The notes under the pieces: generated by a model
What the model was told of the DNA's origin: nothing
What the model saw: the letters and a program-made list of their open reading frames with translations, nothing else
Databases searched by the model: none
Source: Podospora anserina
Taxonomy: Eukaryota
NCBI GenBank assembly: GCA_017654855.1
Contig: CM030332.1
Span: 1,178,001-1,242,000 of the forward strand
DNA: 64,000 nt
Reading direction: 5' to 3'
Program-made: the position numbers and the translations under genes
Shown here: piece after piece, positions 25,156 to 38,584 of the stretch
Position numbering within the stretch: position 1 is the first letter of the stretch
How the letters are laid out: each line of letters opens with the position of its first letter

Positions 25156-27916
25156 TCAATCCATAGGCCTAGGATCAACATACTCCAACTCATCATCATT
25201 ATCCACCATCTTGATCCCCCCTCCATACTCGTCATCTGTGTCGACCTCCTCCTCGGTGTCATAATTCCTCCCCTGATAATGCGAGGATTCATACACCGCC
25301 GGTGTTGATGCCGCAGCCAAGGGGATCACCCTAGGCGGGTAATCCGACCTTGCCAGTGTCGACGGCTGCGCAGGAACAGTCTGCGCCCTGGTGATCATCG
25401 GGGGCCTGGCATCATCCAGATTCACCAGATTAGGGAACCTGGACGCGTCAGGAGGGGCGGGGATGTGAGGGGCGGGTTTTGATGGCGGGCCTGGGGGTGG
25501 GGAGGGGGAGAAGAGACCGAAGGGGTCCATTTCTGTTTGGAGGTGCGACGTCATGCTGCGGGTCATGGTTGGTTTTTGGGGTTGGGTGTTTCTCAGGGGG
25601 TGGCGACCTGGTTGGAAGACAGTTGGGGATGGGGATGGGGTTCCTTGGTTGCCGTCGAGGCAGGAGTTGACGTGGGTTGTGGCTTGGGATTCTGACAAGG
25701 TGGAGATGTTGCGGTTGCAGATGGGGCAGCTTCGGATGGTGGTGCTGGTTTGCTGTTGCTTGGGTCTGGAAGGTGGTTGGGATTGAAGTTTGGCAAAGTT
25801 GGTGTTTTGGGTGGAGGGGGAAGGGGCGTAGGAATAGGGGGGTGGCGAGTCTTGTTTGGGTCGCCGGGGTTGTTGTAGAGGGCTGGAGATTTTGAGGTCT
25901 TCCAAATCGATCAGGGTGGCAGAGTTGTCTGGTCGGTTGTTGAGGTCGGCGATGGTGATGGTGTCGTTGGCTTCTTTGGCGATGGACTTGTCTACGCCCT
26001 GGCCTACGGGGAGATCGCAGCGTGCGAGTATCTTTTCGATCAGGCCTGCGTAGCGCATGTGCCCCTGAACCTCCTCGCTGAGGTTGAGGTTTTCAACACC
26101 TTCGATGTGTTCGATCGCTTGAAGACCCGCCACGCCCATTTGAACAGATGTGGTGCGGTATAGGAATGCGAGAATGTAGTCGTTTTCGGAGTAGGCGTTG
26201 TAGATCCTACCGGACACTACGGTGCGCATCATCTGCCAGTGTTCTCTATTCGAGGGAACAGGGGCACCAATGAAGACGACAGAGTCGATAAGACCAAAGG
26301 CTCGACGCTTTGCAAGAGAGCGTAGGCACGAGTAAATAACTCGAGCGCCGAGCGAGTATCCGATCAGGGTGACTGGGCGTTCACCCTGGACTTTGTTGAT
26401 CAGGGCGTCTGCCAGCACTTCACCAGCCTTTTCGGACCGGTTCTTGGCGAGAGAGAACGGGTTGTCCAATGTCGAAGCCATAGAAAGGAGATAGGCCGGC
26501 CACAAAGCGCCCCAGAGAGTTGCCAAGACTGTACGCTTCAGGATTTCCATCTTGACAGTGTTCCAGGCATACGAGTTGACGAGTTCCTCAAGAGACTTGC
26601 CAAGCCCCTCAAGAGCCTCCAGCTCGTACCGAAGCGCAAATACTTCGGCGTCGTCGGAGAGATGCCGCCACGGTTTCGTGATGTCGTCCTTGGTGGTTAG
26701 CCAGCCATTAATGCCTATAGTTACTCTCAAGCGCCTGGCGTCCTTGTTGTTTGCTGCATTTCGGGTTCCCCATTCATCTGCCAGCGGAATAAACTTGAAG
26801 TCCTCGACATCTCGGGCGTACTTGTCCACCATTTCACCCTAGCTTCGTCAGCCACGGGCATTCAGAAAGTGAAGTTACAACACTTACCGTCATGCGGGCT
26901 CCGAAAGCACCAAATAGAGCGCCCACGAGGGCTCCATTCATCCAGAAGATGCCCAAGAAAGACGCAACACCACCCAGCCCAACAGTACCCATGAGACCAC
27001 CGATGGCTCCAGCTACGACTGGCGCAGCAAGTCCACCAGTGACTCCTATAAGCGCAGCTCCGGCAACAGACGCCAAGCCAACTTTCAGAAACCTGCCAGC
27101 CTGGTTTTGCTGCTGCCTCTTCCTGGCTTCAGCGTCAGCGGACATGGTCCTCGTCCTCTGCTGTTTGGCGGCCTCCTCTGACCCTTCCACCATGGCCTTT
27201 GCAATCTCAATCTCCTCGGCGTTCAAGGCATCCAGCGGAATTTCAAGAGCCGAGGCGAGATACACAGCCAAAGCTCTCGACTCAGCTGTGTAATGACCCG
27301 TGGATAGCAACTCCAGCAGTATGCAACTCAGACTTTCCAATCTGTCCTCGTATGAGATGGTGATCAACCTTGTGGGAATAGGATGCCAATGCAGTTGAAG
27401 CCGTGCCACTCCCTCCCTCCGAACTGCCTCATCATCTCTCACTGATGAAGAACCCCCTCCACCGAAGTCAATCAAACTCCCTTCCGCTGCTGCCGGCGCA
27501 GGTTTCCTCTGCTTCATCCTCTCGGTCCGCTTCCGCCTCTCATCCATGGTCTTGGCATCATCCTGGGCGGCGAGAAGCTCCTTAAGTTTGGTCAGGGTCT
27601 CTGCTCTCCATTTGTCAAAATGCTCAAGCGCCGCGGCGGTGATCCGGGCAAGTTCTTGGTTGGGTTGGGTGACAAAGTTGCGGTTATCCACTTGGATTAG
27701 TGTCGGCTCTTCGTCGATGATGCTGCTCCCTCGGGCGTTGGGGTCAATGCGCAGAGGAGACGGCCTGTCATGAACATGCAATGCGGGAAGGTCCTTGAGC
27801 TCGAGCTGGGAGCGCATGTAGGCTGTGATCTCGATGAGGAGGCCATAAAAAGCTCTGCGTTTGGCGTGGTTGAGGATGTGCAGAACCTGGCGAGGCTCGC
27901 TGGCGAGGGGCGCCAT
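25156..27916 (-). CDS. DUF726 / TMCO4 / Mil1-like alpha/beta-hydrolase membrane protein with a C-terminal UBZ-type zinc finger; intron ~26839-26888
   Basis: GLASVAGAALIGVTGGLAAP, RPVTLIGYSLGARVI (GxSxG-like) and YSENDYILAFLYR. Tail contains CPIC..HVNSCLD. Confidence 0.88.
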
Positions 27917-29506
27917 GATGGTGGTGTTTTTTTTTCAAGTCGCCCTAGAACTTGTCTACCACTTTGCGAGTCGAAAACAATAGAGTTAAAGAAGCCAGAG
28001 TTTGAATTTTGATAAAGTTTTCAGTATGGATCTCGTGATAAGCTGAGGGGTCCATAGATTAGGGGGCTGTGTGGGTTGGGACTTGGGACTCTGTCTGTGC
28101 CAACGCCAAGCAGCCTTGCGTGTTGTGTTGAACTCTCAATGGTCACTCTGTCGTGGCTTAAACTGGAGCAAAGAATACCTTGGCCGTCAGGGGCTCGGTG
28201 ATAACGACAGAACGGTTTTCTCGGCATTGGGTGTTGCATTTTTACATACAAGGCGGGCATCTGATAGGTTGATATGAAAGCCAAAAGTGTAGAGGTGATG
28301 TAAGTGTCATCGTACTGCCAGCCGGCTTCTTTGAGCTAGGGAGCGACCCCGCAATTAAGCTGACCCAACAACGACATAGTGTTCCTTCCACGGGCTCCAT
28401 CCCGATGAATAAAACGGCAAGAGGCCTCCAATGAAAATCATGGAAATATCATGACAGTGTCAGCTTCTAAGCAGCTGTTCATATTGGCTGTACATAGTTG
28501 TTGTCATCTTGAAGCTTTCTCTTGGTGGGCCTCTCACCTCGCCCTATGCTCCCATCGCAGCCAGCGAAGATCTTATCAAAGTGCCCTGCGTATAGGCGCT
28601 AGTCACGAAAAAAATAAACTGCTAGTGCCGGGCGTCAAGTCAGAACGTGGAAGCAGCTGTGACTAATACTCCGTCCATGATGACGCTGGTCGGGATTGGA
28701 GGAGTCGTGCCAAAGCTCGGTAAAATTCCCCCAAATCAGAAGGCCATCCATCGTACTCCGTACCGCGAAACCCCCCGAGTGCCGGGAACTGTAATCCTGG
28801 ATATTGATTGCATCGCACCCAACGGATCCATTGTTGCAAACTTTATTTCCGCCTCGCCGTTTCACCCTTTCTCGTATGCTCTATCCGTGGCTGGGAACTT
28901 TTGACGCCGTTGAAAAGCAGACACAAGGGACAAGCCAGCTGTCATCCCGGCCATCCGGGACCTCAGGGTGATTGACGTACGAGTTTGGTCTGAGTACCGC
29001 TGTGACCTTCTGTGCTCTGTGACTGTATCCCATAGCTGATGTGTCTGATGTGTCGTCCATCAGTGATTTGACGGATTTCATGATTTGATCAGTGGGGACC
29101 GACCTTGGACGTCCACAACCGTCCGACGTTGCCTGCCCCCACCCATCCATCCTCCCAGGGCACAAGCCAATGGACCCCTGTGAAGCCCCTTCAATACCCT
29201 GCATCGAGGCAACGGCGCTAACTCTTCTGAGCATGGCCACCCAACGCACGGAAAGGCTCTCCCGCCAAGGCCCTTGGCACCTGAAAACCCGCACCCTCCC
29301 GTCTGCATTTCTTGGCTCGGGAGCGCCCTCTCTCTCTGTTCTCTTTGCACCGTGCAATCCCATCCACCTCATCCCAGGCGATCCCATCCGAAGACCTCCT
29401 CCAGTCCCCCAATCTCACTCCCCAGTTGCGCCGCTGCCTCACCCTCGGCGGATGCCTTATTCATCGCCTCGGGGGGTCTGAGACGCCCCTTTCGCCATGT
29501 TCGACA

Positions 29507-31725
29507 ATGTCCATGTGTAAGTCAAATCGAATCAGAAGCCCCCAATCCCGTCTTCCGACCTGCTTGGCGATGGGTTCCAGCCTCAAAGGTTATCTCATCT
29601 TGGCTAGCCAAGCTTTTTGCGCCAAGCCCGGGGCAGATTGTCAAGACCCAGTCAAACTGACGTCTCACAGCTGTCGATGAGATCCGCAATGTTGTGTACG
29701 TCTGCCTTTTTCATGCCTCTTCCCTGCCGCGTCCAAGGAGTCCCCTCGTCTGCTTGCTTGCTTGACGACGTGAATTTCCACCATCCTCTACCAACCAGCC
29801 GCTATCGTCACCCTGCCGTGGTGCGGCTTGTGTCTCCTTAACCGTCCCCTTCACCTATCAGATCTTGTATCACCACCAAGAGTTATTACCCCGAGGCTGT
29901 CCACTAATTCATGGTGGTGATAGCCTGTTGTTCAGCAACCCATCATGGGGCGGTGTCGGCACCGTGTCGTCTACCGTCATTCGGAACGTCACGGCCCTGT
30001 CTGTAAGTCTCACGAAATCAACAATCTTGCTGCCTGCCTACCTAGAGTCTCGAGACTAACATTTGCTCAGGGCCATATGGCATACTCTTCACGATATACA
30101 GGCAACACCACGGTGCTCTCCAGCAGGTTCGCCGGCACCACAAATGGCATCATCCAAGGTCTCCTTTATGTCCCGGATCTCCCCTACGGCCATGAATGCG
30201 TAGAAGAAACAGCGCTGCACATTCCCCCATCAGTCGTGCGACAATCCAGCCTTCCTCCCACAAACTACTATCTTATTGCCATTGCGCCGTGGATCAATGC
30301 TCGATGCTCACGGGCCTATTTGGCCTCTGCCCGCACAGCACCGGTTCGAGGGTTTCTGTTCTATCTCCCTGGCAACTCAACCGAGGCCCCGCCCTCTGCT
30401 GAGTCTGAGATGTGGAACATTGCGGAGGAGTTTGAATGGAGGACTCAGAGTGGCTACCCTGTATATGCTGTCTCGAGTATGGCCGGCCAAGTCATGATGC
30501 AACACCTCAGTCTCTATTCTGGCAACCTGACCGAAGTGCCGTTTGGATATAACATTTCTACACGCTTCCAGGCCGAAGAAGAGGACTATGCTCGCATATG
30601 GACCGAGCTTGTTATCAGCACGCCCCCCAGTTCCTTCGCTACCTGGCTGTACTTCCTCATTGTCGTCGGCGTGCTTCTCGCCGTCATTGTTTCGGCGTCG
30701 CTCCTGATGCACCTTGTTCAGGCCCGTCGGCGTTACTCCCTGCGACAGAGAGTCATTGCGGGCGAAGTCAACCTGGAAGTCACGGGCATCAAAAGACTCA
30801 CAGTGCCGCTGGAGCACATTCAAAGCTTCCCCCTTTTCACCTACCACTATGAGCCACCAGATGCCAGCCCGCCACCTACGTCTCCACGGTCGGCCAAGTC
30901 CCCACGATCGCGGAGCAGGCGGGACAGTCATGGTCACTCAGAACGAAGGGGTTCCCGAACAACTCGTTCTGTAACCATTTCGGAAAAGAGTCCGAGTGGG
31001 CCGTTCGCAACGGTCACAACAAATTATCAACCCTACTGTGAGATTTGCCTGGAGCCATACCAAAATCGAGTCACGATCATCAGAGAACTACCATGCGGCC
31101 ACATATTTCACCCGGGGTGCATCGATGAGTTTCTTAACGAGAACAGCTCACTTTGCCCCTTGTGCAAAGCTAGCATGCTACCTCCCGGCTTCTGCCCCAA
31201 GATCACCAACCACATGGTGAAACGAGAGCGGGCAATTCGAAAGATACGGGGGCAAGTTGACGATCACGATGCCGACAACTCCGACGGCGGCAGGTCAGGA
31301 GGCTGGACGGCAACCTTTCGAAACAAGATCTTTCATGGGGGAAGTCCTACATCGTCGACTTCGACAGAACTTCAGGTGCGGAGTAAACCTGTTGAAGGCC
31401 AACCCACAATATCAATATCACAGCCCAACCGACCTCCACCACAACCGTCATCGCAACCGTCAGATGAGACAGCTCAATCATCGGCGGGACCGTTACAGCA
31501 AACACCACCGCAGCCGATACCGCCGCCAGCATTACCCAAACCAACTGCGTTGGCGCGTGAGAGAATGAGAGAGCTAGCCGGCAGCGAGCTTGATGATGGC
31601 GAGGCTGGCTCGTCAAGGTGTAAGTCAAACTTTGCGGACACCAACCAGCAAGGCAGGCAGGATGTCAAACTGATGATTTTCCAGGGCGACGAATGCGCAC
31701 CAAGATATTTCCCGGTTTTGACTAG
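29507..31725 (+). CDS. Membrane-anchored RING-H2 E3 ubiquitin ligase with lumenal PA-like region; micro-exons 29507-29516 and 29671-29695, further introns ~30003-30070 and ~31620-31684
   Basis: RING-H2 CEICLEPY..LPCGHIFHPGCIDEFL..CPLCK. TM segment WLYFLIVVGVLLAVIVSASLLM. The 5' exons splice in frame to MSMSVDEIRNVVLLFSNPSW. Confidence 0.82.
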
Positions 31726-32179
31726 GTAGTTGCTCTTGTGTTTTCATGATTGTTTCGGGTGTCTTGACTCTTGTTTGAAGGCGAACTTTTAGCGATGGAT
31801 GATACCCCGTCATTTGTGTTTTCTTTTCTGTTTGAATCACATTGGTTGTTATTTAGTTATTCAGCATAGAAGATGATTGGCGTTTTTGGGAGGTAGCGTC
31901 GTGTTTTGTTAGATAGTATCAAAAGGGGTCACGGGACTAGTTCACAAGCCAGAAACGATTCAATTGCTACATTTTTGTGGAAACAACCATCTTGCACAAC
32001 AGAACAAAATACCTGCCTGCCCCAACCCAATTAGATGCCCCCTGATGACAAGCCTAGTGATAGACTACGCTGTAAAGAAAAAATCCAAAAAAATATTCGA
32101 AAAATCCCAACGCTGACAGATATCCATTGCTTTGTATGTAGTCTTTCCCTTTCGCCCCAACGCCCAAAAACAAGGAAAA

Positions 32180-32894
32180 CTACTCCTCCTCCACCTCCTC
32201 ATCCCAAGCCTCCTTCTCCCTTCTCAACAACTCCCCCATCTCCCCCGCCTTGAAAATCGTGCTCCCCTCCTCGCTCACCCTCGGCACCTTGGTCAGCGCC
32301 TCATCCTCAAACACAGTCCCAATATTCTCAATCCACCTCCTCCTCCTCTCCATCAGCGTCTTTGTCAGATCCCCTATCCCCGGGCGGGCAGTCGCCGTAG
32401 CAGCCGCGCTCGCAGCAGCAGCCGCACTAGCCGCCGATCCGGACTGCCCCGGCCTCGCCTTTTTGGGCTTCTTCATCGTCCTCGTCCTCTTGAGGTACGC
32501 CGCCTGGACTTGGGAATCCAAATCCTCCAAAATGGTGGTATACTCCTGAAAGGCCATCCGCTCCTTGACCAGCTCTGTCAGTCTGGCTTTTCGGGCGCCG
32601 TTGACGAGGACTTGCTCGCGGAGGCGGGATTGGAGGAGGCGGAGGCGGGCGGCGACTTCGTCGTCGTAGTGACCGTCGTACTCGGCTGTTGTCGGGTCCG
32701 GCTGTCCTGGTTGGGAGCCGTTGCCTGCCGCGTTGGACGAGTCGGATTGGTTGGGTGGTAAGGGGAGGAACCCGATGTGACGGAGTTCCTGCTTGATGCG
32801 CTCGTCGACTTGGGTGTAGTCTAGTTTTGGGTGGCTGGCCTTTTTCCAGGCTTCCGAATTTGATTCGGGCATGTAAGTAGCCGGAGGGAGTTGG

Positions 32895-32947
<53 letters not shown>

Positions 32948-34536
32948 GGATGAATCGGGGGTGGTGCCGTTAACGCCGTTGACATGGCCGTTTACACCGT
33001 TGGTGCCGTTGGGTTGTTGGCTGCTGGAAGGGGGGTTGGTGTCAAAACTAAAGTCGAAGCTGGTGGTGCCGTTCATGAGGGTGTCTCCGTCGCCGTTGAC
33101 GCCGTTGGCATTCTCTGCTGGCGGAGCGCGGTGCTCGGGGCGCATCGCTGAAAGAAGACGGGAGAGGAGTGGGCCGACGGAGAGTTTGTCTGTTTCGGCA
33201 ACGTCGTCGTCCATGTTCTCGATACTCCCGCGGGGTTGGTTAGGAGGGAGTTTCTCCCGGCCGCCTGGAGGGACGGAGTCGATGGCCATCGCTCCATCCT
33301 CTTCGGCCCAGATCTCTGTGTAGTGCTTCTTGCCACGTTTCGGCATGACAAACGGAGTCACGCGATCCCCTCTTTCTCTCAAAAACGCGAGATCCTCCTC
33401 GGTGAACGGCCGGAAGTAGGGGTCGATAAAGGTGCTAAAAGTGCTAAAGTTGATCTGATTGCTAGGCTTTGCATTGCTGAAATCCTTGTCTGGAGGGTCA
33501 CCAGCGATGAGATCAGCAAGGTCGCTTTTAGGGTAGCCGGCTACCGAGTATATTTCCTTTATTTCGCCTTCGGTCATGCCAGGTTGGACGGGAAGAATCT
33601 CGTACACGGTTGGGTCGGGGAAGGTTGAAGGATCATCGCCAAACGTATTGGCCTGTGGCCGAGCGGGAGGTGGTGGGCGACCATCGTCAGAGTCCGACTC
33701 GTCCTCGTTTTCCTCTGTCTTGGTCTTGTCATCGGCGTCCATGTTGCTTGGCGCGACTGGCGACAGCGACGAGCTGGCGGAATCGTTATCGCGAGATAGT
33801 TTTCGGGGTTTTGTCGACTCTCGTAAAGGAGATGACCGCTCTAAAATGACTGGTCAATGTTGGTTCACAAAGACATTTGTACATCGCTTTTGGGTCGCTT
33901 GGTGTTGTTGGTGTTGTTGGATGATGAAAATTCGGAGGAATACGCCCGCAGTGCTAAGAAGAGGGCTGAAAGCCAATTGGGAAGAAAGCTGGACGCAAAC
34001 GAAGCTTCCTGAATGTGACAATTGGACCATGACTGACCTGTGTTGCTCCCTCCGGGCGCCAGACTGTCGGTCGCTTTCCGCTTCTTTTTGTTGGCTGCCT
34101 TGCGTTCGCGCTCCTCCTCATCGGCTTCCTTCTGTCTCCGCTCCTCTTCCCTCCCCCGCTCGACAGCCAGCTCATCGAGCCTGGTGCGGCGGCTCTGGGC
34201 GAGTAGTCTCATGCCCTTGTCGCAATTCAGGCCGCGCTTGTCAATGACGTCGCTCAGCTTCTGCAGTCGGGAGACGATGCCATCAAGGCTCTTGGAATCG
34301 GGTATGGCGGTGTTGGAGGTCGAGGGATCAACCATGTCCTCAAAGGTCAGGTTCCGGAAGACTTCGAAGCGGAGTTCCAGCAGGTCCGTTTCGACATTGT
34401 CGATGGGTGGCAGACTGGCCGAGGGCGGTGCGGCACTGGGGGTGGTGTTGCGACTTCGCTGCTGCTGTTGTGACTGGGAGCGGATTACCCCCGCGCCCGC
34501 CTTCTTCCCCGGACCCTTCTGGCTCGATGGAGCCAT
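32180..34536 (-). CDS. NGG1: SAGA/ADA histone acetyltransferase subunit Ngg1/Ada3 (intron ~33841-34037)
   Basis: [55 protein letters not shown] and VQAAYLKR motifs. Confidence 0.92.
32894..32947. repeat. (GTT)18 microsatellite encoding a poly-Asn tract in Ngg1
   Basis: 54 nt of perfect GTT repeat; 18 N in the translation. Confidence 0.95.
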
Positions 34537-35815
34537 CTTTGAGCAGGGCACTATGGAAGCACTGTGCTGTGTCTTGCCTGGCAAGGTATCTACACGCCGT
34601 ACCTCGTGTCGCGTATCACCGATCGCGTGCTGAAAGGTCTCGCGGAATCTGTTGCATTCAGATCAGACACGCGCCGAGATGCGCGACGGGCTGGTGGTGT
34701 TTGGTGAACTTTCCGAAGCTGTGAGACTTTGACGTTGCTGGAGGCTCAATGAGCTGCACGTCACATCCAATGATCGCGGGCGCCAACGAGGCGCATTGCA
34801 TCCCTGTCTGTCTCAACTCATCCCGCCATCTGATGAGAGAGTCCGTGCGCTGATGATGACTCAGCATGCTCATAGGATCATATTTTGAGCCCTCTTCACG
34901 CTCATTCCATACACTACGACGGAGTACACTTCGTTACTATTCAAGTTCCAGATCTATTGTTACGTGGATTCATGTGTCACGCAAACAACTCCGTCAGCTT
35001 CATGTACAGCTTGTCAGTGAGCCCAACAATGTACAGCCTAGGTACACACTTGAAAGAGGGGAAACCACGGTAGGATAGCCTTGCCGGCCGGCTTCAACAA
35101 GATTTCTCATGGGAAGCACCTCCCCAGATGCAGAAAAGCTTCATTCACGAGCACTGCTCCTTTAATCGCCATTGAGCTCTTCCCGTGGCCGCAAGCATTT
35201 TCCCGATTGGTGTGCCGGAGTAACCCCACCAGCTTGCCAAGGAGGGGACCCTGCATCTCCCCGTCACCTCGCACGTTCTACAACAGCTTCAACAGATACT
35301 GCATTTTCATGGTATCATGGGTATCAATATGATATGCCTCAAAACACGGGGCCAACGATGCCAAGTGACTCTTTTGCCATAGAACCCCGCCTGTCTGCAT
35401 GGCAGCCAACACTGACGATCCCATATGGAGCAGCAAACTGGGCACCATGTCAAAAGCTGGCACATGAGTGGCTCTGTTGCCAGCGGCTCAAGAGTTGCAG
35501 TCTCGATGATCTCATCATCATCCTGCCTCAACTCTCAGGGTGTACCTTTGAGGTCCCCTACTATAGCAGACTGACGAATGAACACCCTCGTGTCAGAGCG
35601 ATTGGTAACGGCTACACCATCCGCAATGCGTTGTGGGGGATCACAAGCCTTTCACTCTCACCCATGGACAACGGAGAAGGAAAGGTTGCACAGTTTTATA
35701 CCTCCCCAAGTTGCTCACTTGCTTCTTCCCCGGGTTCTTCTGTTTTTCTCAGCAGTACCTAGCATATCCTTGTGTTCAACCATTACTTCTCCATCATCCA
35801 TAATGAGAGAATACC

Positions 35816-38584
35816 ATGGCTTCTCTTGGTGGTAACATTTTGCCCCTCGTTGGCTTCAACCTTCATGCATTCTTTACCGGCATCACCGGCGGCCTACTTT
35901 TCTTCGCCGGTCTTATCAAGCTTTCCCACAAGAGGGCTTCACAGAAGTCGGATCAGAAGCGTCAGGATGATGATGAGCCGGGCCTCATCAGCGCGCTCCT
36001 CCTTTTCTGTTATGGCTGCTTCTTCAAGCCGCATTCTGGTAGTGGCAAAGCCAACCAGCAAGGCGCCCTCGAGTCCTTCTACGCAGGCCAGGCTTCAGCG
36101 GTACGGCTCCCCAAGATGATAGGCTTTCAAATGTACCTAGTATGTCCCACTGACCAACATGCTTCCACAGTACGATGTGACCAGAAAGCTACTCCTCAGA
36201 GGCCGTGAGGACATGCTGGCCCTTGCGGCTGCTCAGCTCCTTCACAAGGCCAAAAGTGAAAGCCGAAAGGCGGGAAGCAGACGTATCTGGGTCGATGTAC
36301 GAGAGACTCTGTCCTCTCCGCCGCTTGAAACCATCTAACGTCCTCCCAGGTTGGCGGTGGCACAGGCTGGAATATCGAGGCCATGTCGCAGTTTGTCAAC
36401 GTCCCTGAATTCTTCAGCACTGTCTATCTTGTCGACCTCTCACCGTCGCTCTGCGCAGTAGCAGAGAAGAGATTCTCGCGCCTCGGTTGGGACAACGTCA
36501 AAATCATATGCCAAGACGCTCGCAAATTCCGGCTGGAAGACTATGAAAATGGTCTCTCCGGTCCAGGATCGCCAGGGTCCTCAACTCCCAAGAGCTACTT
36601 TGATCAGAAGCGTCCCGAGCATGGCGGTGCTGACTTGATCACCATGTCTTACAGCTTGTCCATGATTGTGGGTGTCCAAGTCAATCTCGGAAAGCATCAC
36701 AGGGGGTACTGACATGAACAACAACAGCCTGACTATTACTCCGTCATTGACTCATTGACATCCCTTCTTTCTCCGGATGGACTTCTCGGGGTTGTCGACT
36801 TTTACGTTCAGTCCAAAGCTGACTTTACTTACCGCAACTGGACGGGTGGTATGATCGGCCGTCACGTCAACTACCTCTCACGAACCTTTTGGAGGGCCTG
36901 GTTCGATCTCGACCGTGTTGCTCTCGAGCCCGCCCGCCGAGACTACCTCGAGTACAAATTCGGCACCGTTCTCACGGCCAACTTGCGCAACACCGCTCTC
37001 GGGTCCATCCCCTATTACGTCTGGCTAGGCTGTCACAAGAAGCCCTTCTCCTCATCCAGCCTCCCCGAGGAGATCATCCAGCGAATCGACGCCCTAGCCA
37101 CCGAGTCCCCCTACCTGCTCCCATCCGACTCCCACAGCAGCAAAAAGCAGCAAAATGTCATCACCGCCAAACTCACCCGCGCGATAGAGCGCACAGCCCC
37201 CGAAATCCGCTCCAAAGCCTTCGACGCCGCCATCCAAAACCTCTCCGCCAACCTCCCCTTGCCCTCCTTCTTTTACCAAAACCACCACTGGCGCATCTAC
37301 TACGACGACCAGCTCCCAAAACACACCCAATTCAACAACGAATACATCTACGCCTTCACCTGGGAAGACTCCCGCGTCGACCGCGAGATCCTCAAGCTCG
37401 GCAGAGACGACGTCGTGCTCGCCATCACCAGCGCGGGCGACAACATCCTCTCGTACGCGTTGCAGTCCCCGGCCCGCATCCACGCCATCGACCTGAACCC
37501 CAGCCAGAACCACCTCCTCGAGCTAAAAGCAGCCTCCTTCACCGCTTTGTCTCATGCCGACTTCTGGAAGATTTTCGGCGAGGGCAAACACGAAAATTTC
37601 CGCGCGCTTCTCATCACAAGATTGTCCCCCCACCTCTCCAGCCGGGCGTTCCAGTACTGGCTCGACAACTCTTTTATTTTCACCAACCCCACGTCCAGGG
37701 GGTTATACGACACCGGCGGCTCCCGCCACGCCATCCGCGCATTTAGATACACCTCCCGTCTCTTTCGCTGCCGTTCAGCCGTCACCTCCCTCCTGAACAG
37801 CAAAACCCTCATCGAACAACGCGAGATCTGGCACAGCAAAATCCGGCCTGCACTGCTCAGTCCCCTGGTGAGCAACCTCCTCGTCAGCACGGAAGCCTTC
37901 CTCTGGAAAGCCCTCGGCGTGCCAAAGAACCAGCTCGCCATGATCGAGGCCGATCACGGCAGCAGCCGCGCCGTGAAGGTTGGCCTGGCCAAGAGCACGA
38001 GGGCGCACGCGATATGGCATTACATGGTCAACACGCTTGACCCTGTAGTTGAAAAGACGCACATTGCGGTTGATAACCCTTACTACCTCGTCTGCATGAC
38101 GGGGGGGTTCACAAAGAAATGTCATCCTGATTATCTATCCCGCGCTGCGCACAAGAAACTTTCCCAGCCTGGGGCGTTTGAGGGGTTAAGGATACACACT
38201 GATGAGATTGACGAGGTGATTGCGAGAATGGCGCCTGGGACGGTGACGGTAGCGGTGTTGATGGATAGCATGGATTGGTTCGACCCGGACACAGACGCGG
38301 CGGGAAGGCAGATTGAAAAGGTTAACAGGGCCTTGAAGACGGGTGGGAGGGTCCTGGTGAGGAGCTCGGCTTTGAGGCCGTGGTACATCAAGGAGTTTGA
38401 AAAGAGGGGGTTTGTGGGCGAGAGGGTGGGGAATAGGGGGGTGGGAGAGTGTATTGACCGGGTGAATATGTATGCCAGCTGCTGGGTTTTTACCAAGGTG
38501 GATAACCTGCCGCCGCCGACGCCGGGGGGGAGCGAGGGGGAGCAGAGGACTGGCGGAGAGGAGGTGGATGTTTGGAGCTTGTGA
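35816..38584 (+). CDS. BTA1: Betaine lipid (DGTS) synthase, BtaB methyltransferase plus BtaA/DUF3419 fusion; 3 introns
   Basis: QQGALESFY..YDVTRK.LLRGRE.ML, WVD|VGGGTG.NIE, VDLSPSLC, YIYAFTWED, AITSAGDN.L.Y, DLNPSQNHLLELK and DRVNMYAS. Confidence 0.93.

Noticed and set aside
34540-35815. PHO-regulon (NUC-1/Pho4) sites upstream of BTA1
   Set aside because: I found only one CACGTT (~35272) and no perfect CACGTG, which is not enough to call.
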